This document shows, piece by piece, positions 15,414-31,188 of a stretch of 64,000 nt of DNA. Position 1 is the stretch's first letter, and each line of letters begins with the position of its first letter. Origin of the DNA: Chrysomallon squamiferum (taxonomy: Eukaryota > Animalia > Mollusca); NCBI GenBank assembly GCA_012295275.1, contig CM022669.1, positions 9,114,001-9,178,000 on the forward strand. The letters are read 5' to 3'. The notes beneath the pieces were generated by a model. That model saw nothing but the letters and a program-made list of their open reading frames with translations, was not told where the DNA came from and did not search any database. The position numbers and the translations under genes are program-made.

Positions 15414-16973
15414 ATGTATAGTCTGGCTTTCTCTCTGCACACACATACATCTCTTTCTCTCCAAGGAAACGCGTTGATACAAAAATGTTACTGAACTATT
15501 ACATGATTGTTTCTTTATTAGTGTTGTGTGTTTTCTATTTCCCGTGTTATCGCCAGAATATGTTCTACATCTGTACTGCAGTAGCCGTCTCGATGTACAG
15601 ATTGTTATTACAGTCTTGAAATAATAATAATAATCATAGTAATAATAATACTGATACTAATACTAGTAGTAATACTACTACTAATAACACGACTAATAAT
15701 AACAGTAGCAGCAGCGGTAGTAGTAGTAGTAGTAGGACGAAATTATTATATAATAAAACGAAAAATATATTTTTTTAAAATGTTAATAATAAAATTGATA
15801 CAACAACATCATCAACAACGAGAACAAAAACAAGAACAACAGCAGCAACAATAATTACAGCAAGAACGACAACAGCAACAATAGCAATAATAGTTAGAAT
15901 AACGAAATGATGATTACGATAATAATAATAATAAGAAGAACAACATTAGCTTAAAAATCTGAAAGGTAATTTCACTTTTCTTTATCTTGTATTTTTGAAG
16001 AAAATTAAATTTATCAAGAAGGTTAAAAAAAAAAAAAAAAAAAAAATAAATAGATAAAAATAATAATAATAAATGAAGGAAGAAAAAAAAAAAAAAATCT
16101 ATAATAACCAATTATGAAGCTGTCAAAACGCAGGCTGGGTATAGCAACCCTCAAACAAACCACATGGTTTGCATCGTGTGAACAGCTTTCACCAGCCCTG
16201 CAGTATTATTCTCTTTTCAGTTCGAGTTAAAAAAAAAAAAAAAAAAAAGAGTAAAAAATCGTGTAAATATTTTAAACGAAACGCAACACAATCCGTTCTG
16301 TTACATATAAAGGTGATTGCCGCCTATCTACCCTGTGATCGCTGAGGTGCGTCGTGGAGCGAGGGAGGGATGTAGCAGAAAAGCAAAATCTCTGTTGTTA
16401 GCTGGCAACGTTTGTTTTCATTGTTAAGAAGATCACCAGAGTCTTATCAAGTATATCGCGTTATCGGAGACTGGGCTGGGATAAACAGCTACGTACAGTT
16501 AGTTACCTAGGTTCTTGCCATTTCAAGAATGTATAAGATGAAAAAAAAAAAAAATGAAAAAAAAAAGAAGAAGAAGAAAAAAAACGTGAGAGAGAAAAAG
16601 ATGAGAGAGAGAGAGAGAGAGAAAAAAAAGATATAATGAGAAAAGAAAAGAAACAAACAAACAAAAAAAAACCGTTAGAAGAGCTTGCTTGTTAAACGCT
16701 ACATTGAAATAAAGAGAATAGAGATAGAGGTATTGTATCACTAAATGTTTCTTAAAGATAGAAAATAAAAAAATAAAAAAATAAAACACATAAAATAAAG
16801 AAAATAAAAAAAATAAAAAAATAAAAAAATAAAGTAAAAAAATAAATAAATAATAATAAGAATAATAAAAAATATTAAAATCTGCGACAAACATTTTTTT
16901 TTTTTTAAATTAAAATAAGAAATAAAAGAAAGTAAAAGGGAAGAAAATAAATGAAACAAAAATTAAGGATACT

Positions 16974-17026
<53 letters not shown>

Positions 17027-17031
<5 letters not shown>

Positions 17032-17101
17032 GAGCATTCCAGAACAATGTAAAAGCTGAACTGCGCTGTAGTTAAAATTTGTAAATGTACGTAAGTTTGT
17101 A

Positions 17102-17138
<37 letters not shown>

Positions 17139-17208
17139 GAGCATTCCAGAACAATGTAAAAGCTGAACTGCGCTGTAGTTAAAATTTGTAAATGTACGTA
17201 AGTTTGTA

Positions 17209-17245
<37 letters not shown>
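17027..17245. repeat. 108-bp tandem duplication bounded by (AAT)n
   Basis: aaaagagcattccagaacaatgtaaaagctgaactgcgctgtagtt...gtacgtaagtttgtaaat occurs twice, 108 nt apart. Confidence 0.9.
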
Positions 17246-17266
<21 letters not shown>

Positions 17267-17276
17267 TAAATGTACG

Positions 17277-17330
<54 letters not shown>

Positions 17331-18029
17331 TGTTGGTTATTATTATTAATAGCAGTAGCAGTAGTAATAGATGCAGTAGGAGTGTATCATTATCATTATT
17401 ATTATTATTAATTGGAATAACAAAACAAAATCAAGTAGGAGGAGTTGTTAAGGAAACTAGCTGGGTGGTGTTTATTACGTCATCACAGTTGTGTATTGTC
17501 ACTACTGGTCTACCATACTTTCTCTTGGCAAAACCTACCACAGGTCTTCTCCGATAGGCCTGCGTCTCGTTTGTTTCGCTAAGAGTTATTACTATAATGA
17601 GTTCTGAATGATGCTGACAGCTGATGAAACTTTCTGATAGCTGAAACAAACAAGTCGTTTTTCTCTTTTTAAAAACAAATACACTGGTATTCGTGTTTTT
17701 AATTAGCGGAAGACGTTAACAAATTAATAAATGTCATTCCGCTTCCGTCTGAACTGTCTGGTTCAGATAGGTGGAAGGTGTACACAGTTCTAGGCGGGGG
17801 GGGGAGGGGAAAGGAAATCCAGGAAATCAGAAAATCATAGAGGGACGGTGTGGCTGTGTTGTGTACCCCGAGTCGGGATGAAACATTTCTTGCTTTTATT
17901 TATACAGAATACACGCGAGGGAGAATTGATGTCATTACCTGAACAGAAGATGAATTCGTCTCTGTTGTTGTTTTGAATTACGTGTTTGGTTTGGTGACAG
18001 TAAATGAAATGAAAACAGACAAACAGTAA

Positions 18030-18450
18030 TATCGCGGACGAAGTGTGGGTTAACATTAAGAGAATTCTCTGAATCGTAAAAGCGGCCGAGGACGCGAAGT
18101 TTCTCTTCGGAACATGTAACACATTAAACAAGATCGTTCTTGCACAGTTTTCTTTTCTTTTCTTTTATTAACTTTGGGTAATCCTGTCAATAGGGAAACA
18201 TTGCGATTCATAAATCATATTAATTTATTATGATTTCAAGTTTTTTTTTTTTTAAACAAGCAATTACATATCGCGGACGAAGTGTGGGTTAACATTAAGA
18301 GAATTCTCTGCACTGTTTTCTTTTCTTTTCTTTTATTAACTTCGGGTAATCCTGTCAATAGGGAAACATTTTGTTTCATAAATCATATTAATTTATTATG
18401 ATTTCAAGTTTTTTTGTTTTTTGTGTTTTTTTAAACAAGCAATTACATAG
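18030..18450. repeat. ~240-bp tandem duplication; second copy internally deleted
   Basis: tatcgcggacgaagtgtgggttaacattaagagaattctctg at 18030 and 18270; both units end ...ttaaacaagcaattacata. Confidence 0.88.
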
Positions 18451-19463
18451 AAAATATGTACTAAAATAACACAGGAAGTTTAAAACTAAATCCATCGCTA
18501 CTAAATAAGAAAAATGATTAATATACAAGTAATTATTGGATGGCACCACGTACTAAAACTATTTACTTCAAAAAAAGATCTTAACTCGATTTAATATCTG
18601 AACTGTGTACCTGTATGTACCTGTCTCGCAGCTGTAAATCATACACAGGTTAATAAATCCTGGAATATTCTGACAGCTTTCATAAAAGTTTGCCTCTCAT
18701 CCCGTACTGACGTGACAGACACGCAGACTGTCTGAATTTAACAAAAAAAAAAAAAAAAAAATTGTAATTTACAAGTCTGTTCGGTTGTTCTGTGAACAGT
18801 ACAAAACATTAAGAAATTTTAAAATACCTGCCAAGAATTTCAGGTAGGCAGGCAGGCAGGCGTGTAAATAAATCATAGACAGTTTCGTGTTCCTCAATGG
18901 CGTTCATACGTCTTCAACTAACAAGTCAAATAATCGGCGATTGTTCCACTTTATTTGTCTTGTCTTTGTCTGTCTAAAAAAACAAAAAAAAAACTATTAG
19001 TATTTTGGTGAATTAGTAAATGATAAGAAAAGGTTGTGACTCTAATACAGTTTTACCTGTCAGTTCTGAGAAGCAACCTGCCACAGAAACCAGTTTCAGA
19101 TCTCCCAATGGTAAACTTGACGGAAAATAAATTATTTTAAAATTCTTTATTATCACTTTGAAGATGTTTAGTTATGCTATCACTACAGTGCACCTAGAAA
19201 TGCTGATAGGAATAAACGAGAGAACAGTGTGTACCAAAGATTGTATCAATGTCCAAGTCATAAATTCACAGTCAGCTTATTTTTTTTTATCAAAAAAGTA
19301 ATGAACATTCACTCAGTGCATTTTCGACTTTTTTTTATGTAAATAAAGTCTACGATATGATGGAAATTAGAATTAATAATATATTATCACTCAAGGCCAC
19401 AAGTGTATTTTGATTTAACACAATGCAGAGAGACAGAAAGAGATATAGAGAATTAAAAACGTT

Positions 19464-19599
<136 letters not shown>

Positions 19600-19881
19600 G
19601 AAAAACAGACAGACAGACAGACAAACAAAGAGAAACAGATAAACACAAAGAGACAATCACAGAGATAGAGACAAACATGCAGAGAGAGACAGACAGAGAG
19701 AGAGAGAAAGGGAGACAGAGTGAGACGAAGAGAGACACTTCGAGATGTGAATAAAAAGGATTGATATTACTAATGTTACTAATGCTTACGTTTCTAGAGC
19801 AACAGCAAAAATAATAGCAGTTGCAATAGCAATAGAAGTAGTAGTAGTAGTATCTGTGGTAGCAGTATTATTATTATTATT

Positions 19882-19953
<72 letters not shown>

Positions 19954-20366
19954 GTTATTATTACTATTAATTAATTAATTTTTTTTCCTGGCACTTATTC
20001 TGAGATTGTATTCTATTTCTTAAAGGTTTTCCGCTGTTCAAATTTAGCATACAGAATTCCATTCACACCTGTTATCCACTTTAATGAAAAACCTTTCTAT
20101 TGTCTTTACCTTGGACCAAATATAGCCGATGATTCTATTTGTAATCTACTGAGAGATCTCTTTAACTCCACTGTAACAAGGATCAATCCAGCCCGAGGGA
20201 AGTGGGCACGCCCCTTCTCATAACCCTCCCCCAAAATGTCAAAGAAAGGTAAATAAATACAGGTAAATATCAAGTTGTGTAAGAACTATGATTTTCATCA
20301 ACAAGAATTATATCAACGTAGAAGCAACGACAGAATACAAAGTAAGAACAAAACAAATATCAACAA

Positions 20367-20409
<43 letters not shown>

Positions 20410-20411
20410 TA

Positions 20412-20448
<37 letters not shown>

Positions 20449-21545
20449 TATAAAGATGATAATAATTGTATTGCTTATATATAATGTTGATGATCATATT
20501 TACGATGACGATGACAATAATTACTAACGAACTAACGAACTAACTAACTAAATCAACAAAGACAAATACAAAACCATAAGTACCATCGTGCAAAGAACGC
20601 CAATTTTTGTATTAAGTTAAAAGTAATAAGTTCACATAATCAAACCTAATTAAGACAAAGATAATTTTCGCTGCTGTATTTGTAAAGGGACCAGCAGTTG
20701 GGACCCTGGGGATTGTGATACAAATTACCAAGTAAATGGTTTTGACATGAATACCATTACTGGTTTCAACGTGGAGACGTTTTGTGTACGTACCTAGTGG
20801 TCTTGTAACAAATTGATGTTCCCGCAAAATGAGGCATAAATCAGTTCTCTCTTGTGGTCAACATTATCACATACAAACGTGCAGTATTAGTGAGAGAGTT
20901 TTACTTCTTCCAGTTTTTTTTTTTTTTTTTTTAGTCATGGTTTTTATTATTTTGTGAAAAAAAAATAAACACCTGCAAAACAATTTCAAATTATATTTAT
21001 TCTGTTTACGCCTGAATAGACTAGGATATTATGAAAAAAAAACCCAAAAACATTAAAATGTGTAAATTTTTCAAAATTATTTCTATTTTATTTGACAGGT
21101 GTAGGCGTGTTTTTATTTCTGTTTAAATCTTCTTTTTTTTCTTTTCTTTGTTTTTCTTTTTAAAGATGTAATTGATACAGAATTATTATTATTATTATTA
21201 TTATTGTTGTTGTTGTTGTTGTTGTTATTAGTATTGTTAATAATAATAATATTATTATTATTATTAGCCACATCTTTGCTCTTTCGAAGAAAACTGTTAC
21301 ACAGGTGAAATAAAACTAGCGACATCTTCAAATTGGTAAACTATGTTTCATCTCAAGAGAGGAATTTGTTGTGTTATAATTATTATATATTATGTCACAT
21401 CTACACACAGCTGTGACTTAACGAGTAAGAGACGAAATATATTCATGTTACCATGACAACGACGAGATAAATATAATTAACTGAAAGTAACAAAGTATAA
21501 TTGCATTTGATGAGATATAAAATGGGATTCTATCTAGCTCGTTCT

Positions 21546-21688
<143 letters not shown>

Positions 21689-22925
21689 AATATATTACAT
21701 ATGTGCATCTTCGTACCTACGAACGTAACAAACAATACATTTATAAGTACACATACCGATTTACATCAAAAACAATTTTTGTATAATATAATATACTGTA
21801 TATAGTTAATACATGGAACACTACAACTTCTCCATGTTGTGTAATTAGCGAGTTTTTCATGTGTTTTACTCTTTCTCATTCCGTTATTGAACCGAACAGA
21901 CATTTAACGCACGCACCCCTCCAGCAGAATCAGCGTGGTGTCCGTGCATCTCTCGGTCTGAAACAGCGATGTTTGATTTTTGATCGCTTACCCATTTACT
22001 GGCGCGGTAAAACCGCTCAGAATGTATTAGACCGCTCATGTCAGCCATTAACATACAGCTGGGTACCTGTTGTGAGTCACGTGACTTTTTTTGAACAAAC
22101 GTTTCCACAGAATGACCAGCTGTACGGCTTGTTTTTTTTTTAGTGATTCACTTTCATGGACGTTTATAAGAAATCTTAAGATAAGCCTCAACATATATTG
22201 GTATATAAGTATTTTGTTGACAGTGAGATAGACAATTTAGGAGTTATGCGGTAGAGAAAAATAAACACTGAGACCAGATTTTGAACAGAAAAGAAATAGT
22301 GGGTTGTGTGGGTAGGTGAATGGTGTGTGGATTTGTGTGTGTGTGTGTGTGTGTGTTGACATAGGAAAAGAGAGATATTATGCGTAAAAAAAAAAAAAAA
22401 AAAAAAATATTAGAAAAAAATATATTATCGTGATTTGAATACGATTAATACTGAAAAAAAAAATGAAGAAGAAAAATTCTTTTCTCGGTGCTTGCAGTGC
22501 AAATATTACAGTAGGAGAGTGAGACTGTTCAGTCTGTCGTCCTCTGTTTACTTGCTGTGTTTAGTTATTACGCGATAACATCGTCTGGGTTAGAACTCAG
22601 ATCAATCTTTTTGTATGACTTTACTTTTTAATACGCGAGTCAATTTATTTTTATGTGTGGGTAAATTTGTCTTGTACGGGATATCATCGCTACAAACAGA
22701 GACTGTCGTAAAATGTTGCAAATCACTGAACTCATCTTAAAAGCTATGTTTTTATTTTTTTATTTTTTATTTTTTTATGTTACCATAAGCAGATTTTCTA
22801 AACATAAGAAAATAAAAAAAAATGCAACGAAAAACGGAAACGTTGATTATTGTTAACTCATGTCTTCATATAAAATATCAAAATCAATGTTTAACAGATA
22901 ATTACTAGGTTATCATTGACACACA

Positions 22926-23025
<100 letters not shown>

Positions 23026-24347
23026 GTGTCATTAGATAATTTTTTCTATTACAGTTTTATTACATAAACATAGACTTCAGATCACAAAAATGACAACAAG
23101 TCGAGAAATCCCAGTCTACCAGTATGTTTCCGTTAATGACGTTTTGTCGATTACCTTCAAGTCAACCAAAAGTCAACAGTACGTCCCTGGGGTTTCGTGT
23201 TCAAAACACAGAACTGCTATCTACACTGCACTGTGTGTCAGCCTCTGTAATCCGAGGACAAAGAGTTGTTTGAAAAGTCAACGACACGACAGAGCAAAAC
23301 ATGACGTAAGTAACGACGTTTGCTGATGATGTTAATTTAAACCACTTAAACTTAGTTTAGCTCCGACTCGGGACATTTTGTAACTAATACTCTCCGGGGA
23401 ACTGAAGTAGATTCAGATAAACATGTTTTACAATATATTAAACGTTCCCTGTTCCGATATTTTCTGATAGATGAACGCGTATGACAGATGATTATTCGTT
23501 TCCGAATAATTAGAAAAGAGCGAATTAACTAGTATAATATTTTTCTGCAGATAGCTGTAAAACAAGGTTCAGGAGGAGGAGTGATCCAAAAAATAAAGGA
23601 TAACCAGGATGAAAAGAAACCAGATGAGGAGACTATGAATGAAAAAAAAAAGAAAAAGAAAATATTGAGCTACAAAAAATAAAAAAATAAAAAATGTAGG
23701 TCAGCTTGTTTTCTGACGCATAACAATAAAATACATTCTTCTAGACTAGAAGTTCTTGTCTTCGCAACAGCATGAGAATTACGACAAATAACACAAATAG
23801 AAGACATATCACGCCCACATAACACGCGCGTGTGTGCTCTAACCCCTGCTATACAGTCCTTAACATTATTCTCTAAATGTCTTCCTGTGTCAGTAGATAC
23901 ATTAAACATAATAATTCCATATTTATTAATAATCTGAAATAACAAAGAAATGTGTGATATAGAATTCACTTCAGAAGAGACAGACCGGGAAAATTGCACA
24001 ACAAAAGCCGTAAGTTGTAGAGAATAAGAAAAGTATCTATCAATGTCTATCTATCTATGTGTATGTGTATGTGTATACATGTATACATTTACACCATATT
24101 TCCCCACACGTTTTATGGACACGAGAATACCGTTGTAACACTATCTTGAGAAAAGTTTTGTAGATGTGTTTTCTTACACAACACTGAAAACAGGTTTAGA
24201 CGTTAATCTTTCAGTTCCTCTTTCAAACAAACACAAGTGTTTAATTAGCAACTCTGAGACTTTTAGGATTATCTCTCGTGACAGTAACAGATGAGAGAAA
24301 CAACATTACTCACTGAAATAACACTTATGTGCCAGGATTCATCTTTC

Positions 24348-24380
<33 letters not shown>

Positions 24381-24391
24381 GTGAGATATAT

Positions 24392-24512
<121 letters not shown>

Positions 24513-25000
24513 AACGAATCATTCTATACTGAAGTCTAAGCTAAGATGGGATCTCGCTGTGTAAAATGTCAGCAGGAGAAAATGGCGGAAGCTGTAATTG
24601 CCTGACATTTGACGGCAAATAAAACGGGCACGTGGTTACGACCTGACGTTCTGGACACTTGAGGCAAAGTTGCTCACTGATATTAGAAACGGCACGTCTA
24701 TCTGCACAAAGCCTGCAGCCTGTAATGTAACAGTTTCTTTTCTTTACAGATCTGAGTTTTCTTTTTCTCTTCACGTCTTTTTTTTTCTACCTTTGCTGTG
24801 TCTAGTTTTGTTTTGTTTTGTGGTTTTTCTCTCAAGGAATTTTTAAAGTAATTTGCGATGTGGTTTGCAGTGAATAGATATTATTATTATTATTAAAAAT
24901 ACTACTACTAGTAGTAGTAGTAGTGGTAGTAATATGCACACAACGATGATGATAATAACGAAAATGAAAGAAGAAAACGTCAGTTGCCGAATCATTTCAA

Positions 25001-25126
25001 CACATACCAACCATTCACTTGAATAAATCATTCTTGCTTCAGTGGGCAGAACAGAAAACAGACTGAAGTTCACACTGAGAGGATCGATCCTGCGGTGCGA
25101 TACGTTTCAGGCGAGCACTCTAAGTG
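25001..25126 (-). mobile_element. Degraded tRNA-headed SINE, possibly Nin-domain type
   Basis: Minus strand tagagtgctcgcctgaaacg...cgcaggatcgatcctc (tRNA-like head) followed by ...tggtatgtg. Recognised from memory of mollusc SINE consensus, not by search. Confidence 0.4.
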
Positions 25127-25317
25127 GGGAGATGTTTTGGAGAGCGCAACGAAGATAGGTTTGAGTGACGCAAACGTAAAACATCTGTAATGTTATTCAA
25201 CTTCACAGCTAATTAGCAGTAGTAATTGAATCACTCGGCGTGGAGAGAATAGTTTGTGAGTTCTTCACAAAACACCGACCTGTTTGTTACAGTTTGACTG
25301 ATATGTTCGTTACTCAC

Positions 25318-25512
25318 TAACAACAACAACAACAACAACAGCAGCAGCAACAGCAGCAACAACAACAACAGCAGAAACAGCAGCAGCAACAACAACAACA
25401 GCAGCAACCGCAGCAACAACAACAACAACAACAACAACAGCAACAGCAACAACAACAACAATAGCAACAGCAACAGCAACAGCAATAGCAACAACAAAAC
25501 AACAACAACAAT
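25318..25512. repeat. (CAA/CAG)n compound trinucleotide repeat
   Basis: Directly visible; source of the spurious poly-Cys/Leu/Val ORFs. Confidence 0.9.
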
Positions 25513-26481
25513 AATAATATACACTCAGCCACAAGTACTTCTCTATGTAAGAATCATTTTTTACATTTCTTTCTTTTTGCTTTCCGTTATATTTCATTTT
25601 TCTTTCTTTCTTTTATTTCATCTTTCTGTTTTTTTCTCTCTCTCTCTCTCTTTTTTTCATTTCATTGTTTTTACCTCTTTCTGCATTCTCTTATTTTTTC
25701 TTTTTCCCACGCTTGGCTTGACATTAGTAAATGGCAATTATTGTATTAACCTGAACAGCTTAAGCGTCATTCAGACCATGCGATTTACCGTTACAATTTG
25801 TTATGTCTGCCAAACGTTCTAGATCTGTACTCAGTTTTTCGTCACATATTTATTTAAATTTTAATTTTAATTTTTCGTGGATGAAATTAAACACATCAGA
25901 AATGAGTTGCTCACGTGTTTGTTAACAATAAGTGCTCTTTTATATATACTATCCCACAAACAGAAAAAAAAAAAAAATTATTATTTTTGGTGGTTTTGAG
26001 TTTGTCTGATTATCTCAACTATAAGTCCACTGACTGGACATTTACTTTCTAATATAGGTATGTGTCTACCACAGAACTAAAAATAACTCACATTCGAACT
26101 TTATAATTCTCATAGTGATTGTAACTAAAAGTTATACAGTGTGGTACGCCTTTACGACTCATTCACAATCGTAGAAGATATTGTTCATTATAAATGTGTA
26201 AAACTATTTTAGAAACTGCTCGTCAAAATAAATTGCATTTTAATCGCTGATCTCTGTAAACTATCCAGACTATATCCGGTTTCTAGATTACATAACTGTT
26301 GATTTCTATTAGATGAAAATAAAAAAATAAAAAAAAAAATAATAAGTTGTGTGCTCAAGAAGAAATAGAAATATAATGAATAAAGATAATTAACAGACCG
26401 GAAAGGACCATCTAGGAAAGAGATAGTTTTAAGTTAGAAGAGAAGAACATTTCCGTATTAATGCATGTAGTGTGTGTGTGT

Positions 26482-26560
<79 letters not shown>

Positions 26561-29012
26561 ATGTATATATGTATATATGTATAGATATATGTTTTCATTT
26601 TATTTTTTTTTATTTTTTTTTAATGTATTATAACAAAGATGGCCAGGCAAATGATAATATTATTACCGTTGTTGATCTTTTAACTTTCTTATCAGGTATA
26701 AAATACAGTAAGTAAAAAAAAAAATATATATATATATATAAAAAATAAATAAATAAATAAATAAATAAATAAATACATATATAAATAAAATAATAAAGAT
26801 GATAATAAAGAGAAATAAATTTTAAAAAACCATCAATCCCAAACTTTTTAAGTATTACTCATCCTAATAATTATTATTATTACTGTTTAGAGAAACAACT
26901 TTATCAAGTATAGCTGAACCAGCAAAATAATGTTCAGATACACTTCTTTTGTTATTATTATTATTTTAAAATTATTACTTGTTTCAGAAATAAATTTCTA
27001 GACATAATAGAGATATTCAGTTTAGATTGATCAGCTCTTCAGTGTTGTAAAGCGCTCCTGTAAGAAATATAAATGTAAAGCATGAACAAATATTAAATAA
27101 AACTGAATACTAATCGATTATTACGACTTTTCTTTCAAGCGATAAAACACAGGTGACACTGCAATACAAGTCACTGTCAACTTATCACGAGGTTATTAAG
27201 TCTCCTGTCAATAACATTTCATTGATATTTATTTCCAGTGCTACATTATTATTATTATCATTGAAGTAATTTTTTCCACTTACCTTCCGGGTCGAAAGTT
27301 GACGTTTTTGTCAGGTACAATTAAGTTTCTTATTTAGTTCCATAAATATCCAAGAAAAAAAAAAACAACTGTGAAATGAGATCCTTTCAGACATCACTAC
27401 GTGGTCACGTTTGATGCTGGGATTGATCAAGCAGACGATTTCCTGCGCGCGCAATGAAAAGCATTGTGGGAGATGCGCAGCGCGGCAGTTGGAGACTGCA
27501 CGCGCTGTCAATTACCTGCTGTTGTGATTGATGCAGCAACTGGTCGGGAATTTTTACCTCGTTGGCTCGTGGCACGAATTCCAAAATGACAAAAGCGAAA
27601 TTATAAATCAACACCAGTTTGGGAAATAATCTTTTGTCGAAGCGAGAGTTACCGTTTGCATGATGCTGCTGTAAGCGGAGTGATCGTGTTTGACTGCTTC
27701 ATGGGGTGCGTTTGTCAGAGAGTCGATGCCAGTTTCGCTTAATATCCGTCATGCAAAGAAGTCAGAATTCATTCCGTAGGAACGTGTAGAGTGAGATGGC
27801 AAAATCCTTGACAAAAATCCAAATGTTTTTTTTTGTGTGTGTTTTTTTTTTTTTTTTTTTTCTATTCTTAATATAGATGTTTACAGTTGTGAGTAACATA
27901 GAAAAAGAAACAAAATAGAATGAGTGATATGTATTTTAGTGGGTGTGAGAAAAGGAGAGAGAGAGAGAGAAGGACAAAAAACATAGAGGATGATGGAATT
28001 TATGCGTAGAAAGACAGTCTGTAGAAGAAGGTCAGAGAAAGTCAACGAGAAATAGAGAGAGAATGAGAGAAAGAGAATGAAAAAAAAAAGACTGAGAAAG
28101 TGAGACAGAGAGGGGAATTAAGAATGATACTAAAAGAGCGAGAGATTGTGTGAGAGAGAAGAACAGAGACAGGTTTAAAATTTCGTTGGTGATAACACTC
28201 AGTTAAATAGAATTCGACTGGCAACTACGTAAATCACATCCATATTGTCTAACAGCTTGCAAGAAGAAGAAGAAGCAGATTATTTCAACCATAACTAACG
28301 ACTGCAAGAGAACTGGAAGTTAAAGAAAAGAAAAAGATGAAGAAGATGAAGAAGAAGAAGAAGAATAAAAAAAAAAAATGAATATAATTGTAACTGACAG
28401 ATTTGGGAAAAAAAGCTACAAAATTAAATTATAGTGTTCAAAAATGTGAAATAAAAATATGACGTGAAGGAGAAGAAAAAAAAAAAGAGAAAGAATGAAA
28501 TTAGGAAAGGAACAAAGAAAAAAAAAAAAGAAAAAAAAAAAAAAATAACGAAAGAAAAAGAAACGGCTGTACTGATGTTAAGCTGAAACTGAAGACAAAT
28601 TAAATTAGACAATTTTCAGCGTGTTGACGGGAGAACGTGCGTGTTTGAAAACAGCGAGATATTGATCAATGTGAACATTACAGGTAAAACAAGCAGATTT
28701 TAAAATATTTTAACACCTTCGTCTTATCTGTGTATCTAGACTTGTAATAACAAACACGTTACACAGTTAATTATCCCCCCCTTCCTGCAGCACAGACAAA
28801 CATCCCCTCGTCGGGCATTCCCCACATACCTCATACCCCGCCTTGGTTACAAACCCCCCCTCCCACTCCGGGAGTTAACTTTTGTTATACAGAAACGAAA
28901 TATATGTTAAGAACAAATATGAGTCTAAGTAGATTTAATACTTCAAAATAATATTTTTTTTTTTTTTTGACCTTTTTTGTTTGGGTCTTATTATCTCTTT
29001 TTTATTTTTATT

Positions 29013-29088
<76 letters not shown>

Positions 29089-29863
29089 GTTATTATTATT
29101 AGTATTAGTATTAGTATTCTTATTTTTATTATTTTGTTTCGTGCTTGGTTTTGATTTCCATTTTTTCTATTTCTTTTTTTTTTTTTTTTCTTTTTTATTT
29201 TCGCGTGTTTGTTTGTTTTTTAAACCATAGTGTACTATATGCAATATAAATATATTTATTATATTTTTTTTTAAAAGAAAAAAGACTTTTTATTGGCAGC
29301 CAAAGAGAAGACATATATGTGTTACAATGCAGCAAACTGACAGATCTGGTACAGAAAGTGTAACTATCAGGGCTTGTTGTTTAAATGTGAATTCTCTACG
29401 AAATGTCAACACACACATATTTCTGTATCAGATCATTGTATTACGTATGTTTTTTTGTTGTTTTTTTGATTACACATAATTAGTATTTATCTTCTAATAT
29501 AACAAAACCGCTATTTTAAATCGTAAGAATCTTTCCAAGTCAAGTCATTGACATCATCCAGTGTCATTTAAAATTCATTTTAGCTCTGTTCTGCGAAAAT
29601 TAAAAGACTTTGAAAACAGACGAACCAAAAAAAGGCTTGACAAGACAAAACGTCAAATTTTATCAGGAAATGTAGATTCCAACACAACAAGAATAAATAA
29701 ATAAATAACTAAAGAAAGAAATAAAGAAATAAAGAAAGAAATAAAGAAAGAAAGAAATAAAGAAAGAAATTAATTAATAAATGATTAAATAAAATAACAA
29801 CAATAACAGACCAACACCACCAACACCACCAACACCACTTTACCAACAACAACAACAATCATT

Positions 29864-29943
<80 letters not shown>

Positions 29944-30137
29944 GATGATAATAATAATAATGATAATAATAATAACAATAATAATGATAATAATGATGAT
30001 GAAAATAATAATGATAATAATAACAATAATAATAATAATAATAATAATAATACAGTCTTTCACAAGAACAAAACAAACGCATGGATGTTTACGAAACAAA
30101 TTTACGTATTAGTGTTAACTATAAAGGACGAAGTCAA

Positions 30138-30184
<47 letters not shown>

Positions 30185-30538
30185 AAAGTAGACCGCCTTT
30201 CACTGAGACAAATGAGAAAACGAAACTTTCAACTGAAGAGTAACAAATATATGTGAGATATCACAGCTGTGACTGGAAACAGGGGGGATAATTAAATCAG
30301 GGGGGATAATTAAAAGAACAAGGACGAACAAATGTTCAAATTACCACTAGTTCAGATGATGCAGATTTTTGCCGACCTAATTTATTATTAAACTCATTAT
30401 ATTACTAACTTAATGGATCTCAGATTTTCACAAATTCTCTATCCTTCTCTTTAATAGAAGTAGCTGGAAATTTTGTCAAAAGCAATAATGTGATGTTGTT
30501 TTTGAATTAACGACAACGGTAACAACAACTTCAACGAC

Positions 30539-30606
<68 letters not shown>

Positions 30607-31157
30607 CAACATTAATAATAATAATAATAATAATAGTAATAATAATCATAATCATAATTATAGTAACAATAATAAATATTATTATTATTATTATTATTAT
30701 TATGATTATTATTATTATTATTATTAATGTTATTATTAATAATAATTTTGTTTTTTTATTGTTGTTTTTTCTCTTTCTTTTCTAAATATTTTTTTTTCAA
30801 GAGATCAAAGTGTATTTTAACAAGAGTAACAGAAAAAATGGAAGTTACTGGCTAGAAGTTTTTTGCATTGTGAAACAACCTCGTTATTTTATTTATGAAG
30901 TTTTATAACATATCGGATATCAATAATTTTGTAATTTTCATATAAACTCTCATCAGGGGGTTTGCCTTGCCTACATTTGGTTATCGGCAGCAAGTAATCT
31001 TTTATCAGTGACACGACAGAGCATTTTATGCAGTGTCTGTATCAGCAGACTAAACAACCAGGGAGAGATCGATCGGGTATCGATCACAAATCATCGAGTG
31101 TTTTGTAATTGGTTTACGTCTAGCCCCATTGCGGTCTAACAAAAAAACATTGTTCAG

Positions 31158-31188
<31 letters not shown>

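Noticed and set aside
16329-16350. taccctgtgatcg as a miR-10-like sequence
   Set aside because: Only the first 8 nt match, and I see no complementary arm for a precursor hairpin.
25317-25532. Poly-Cys ORF as a metallothionein or keratin-associated protein
   Set aside because: It is the reverse strand of a CAA/CAG repeat that is open in several frames.
30540-30750. (AAT)n followed by (ATT)n as a functional hairpin or MITE
   Set aside because: Only opposed simple repeats, also seen at ~43826-43995; no unique termini or TSD.
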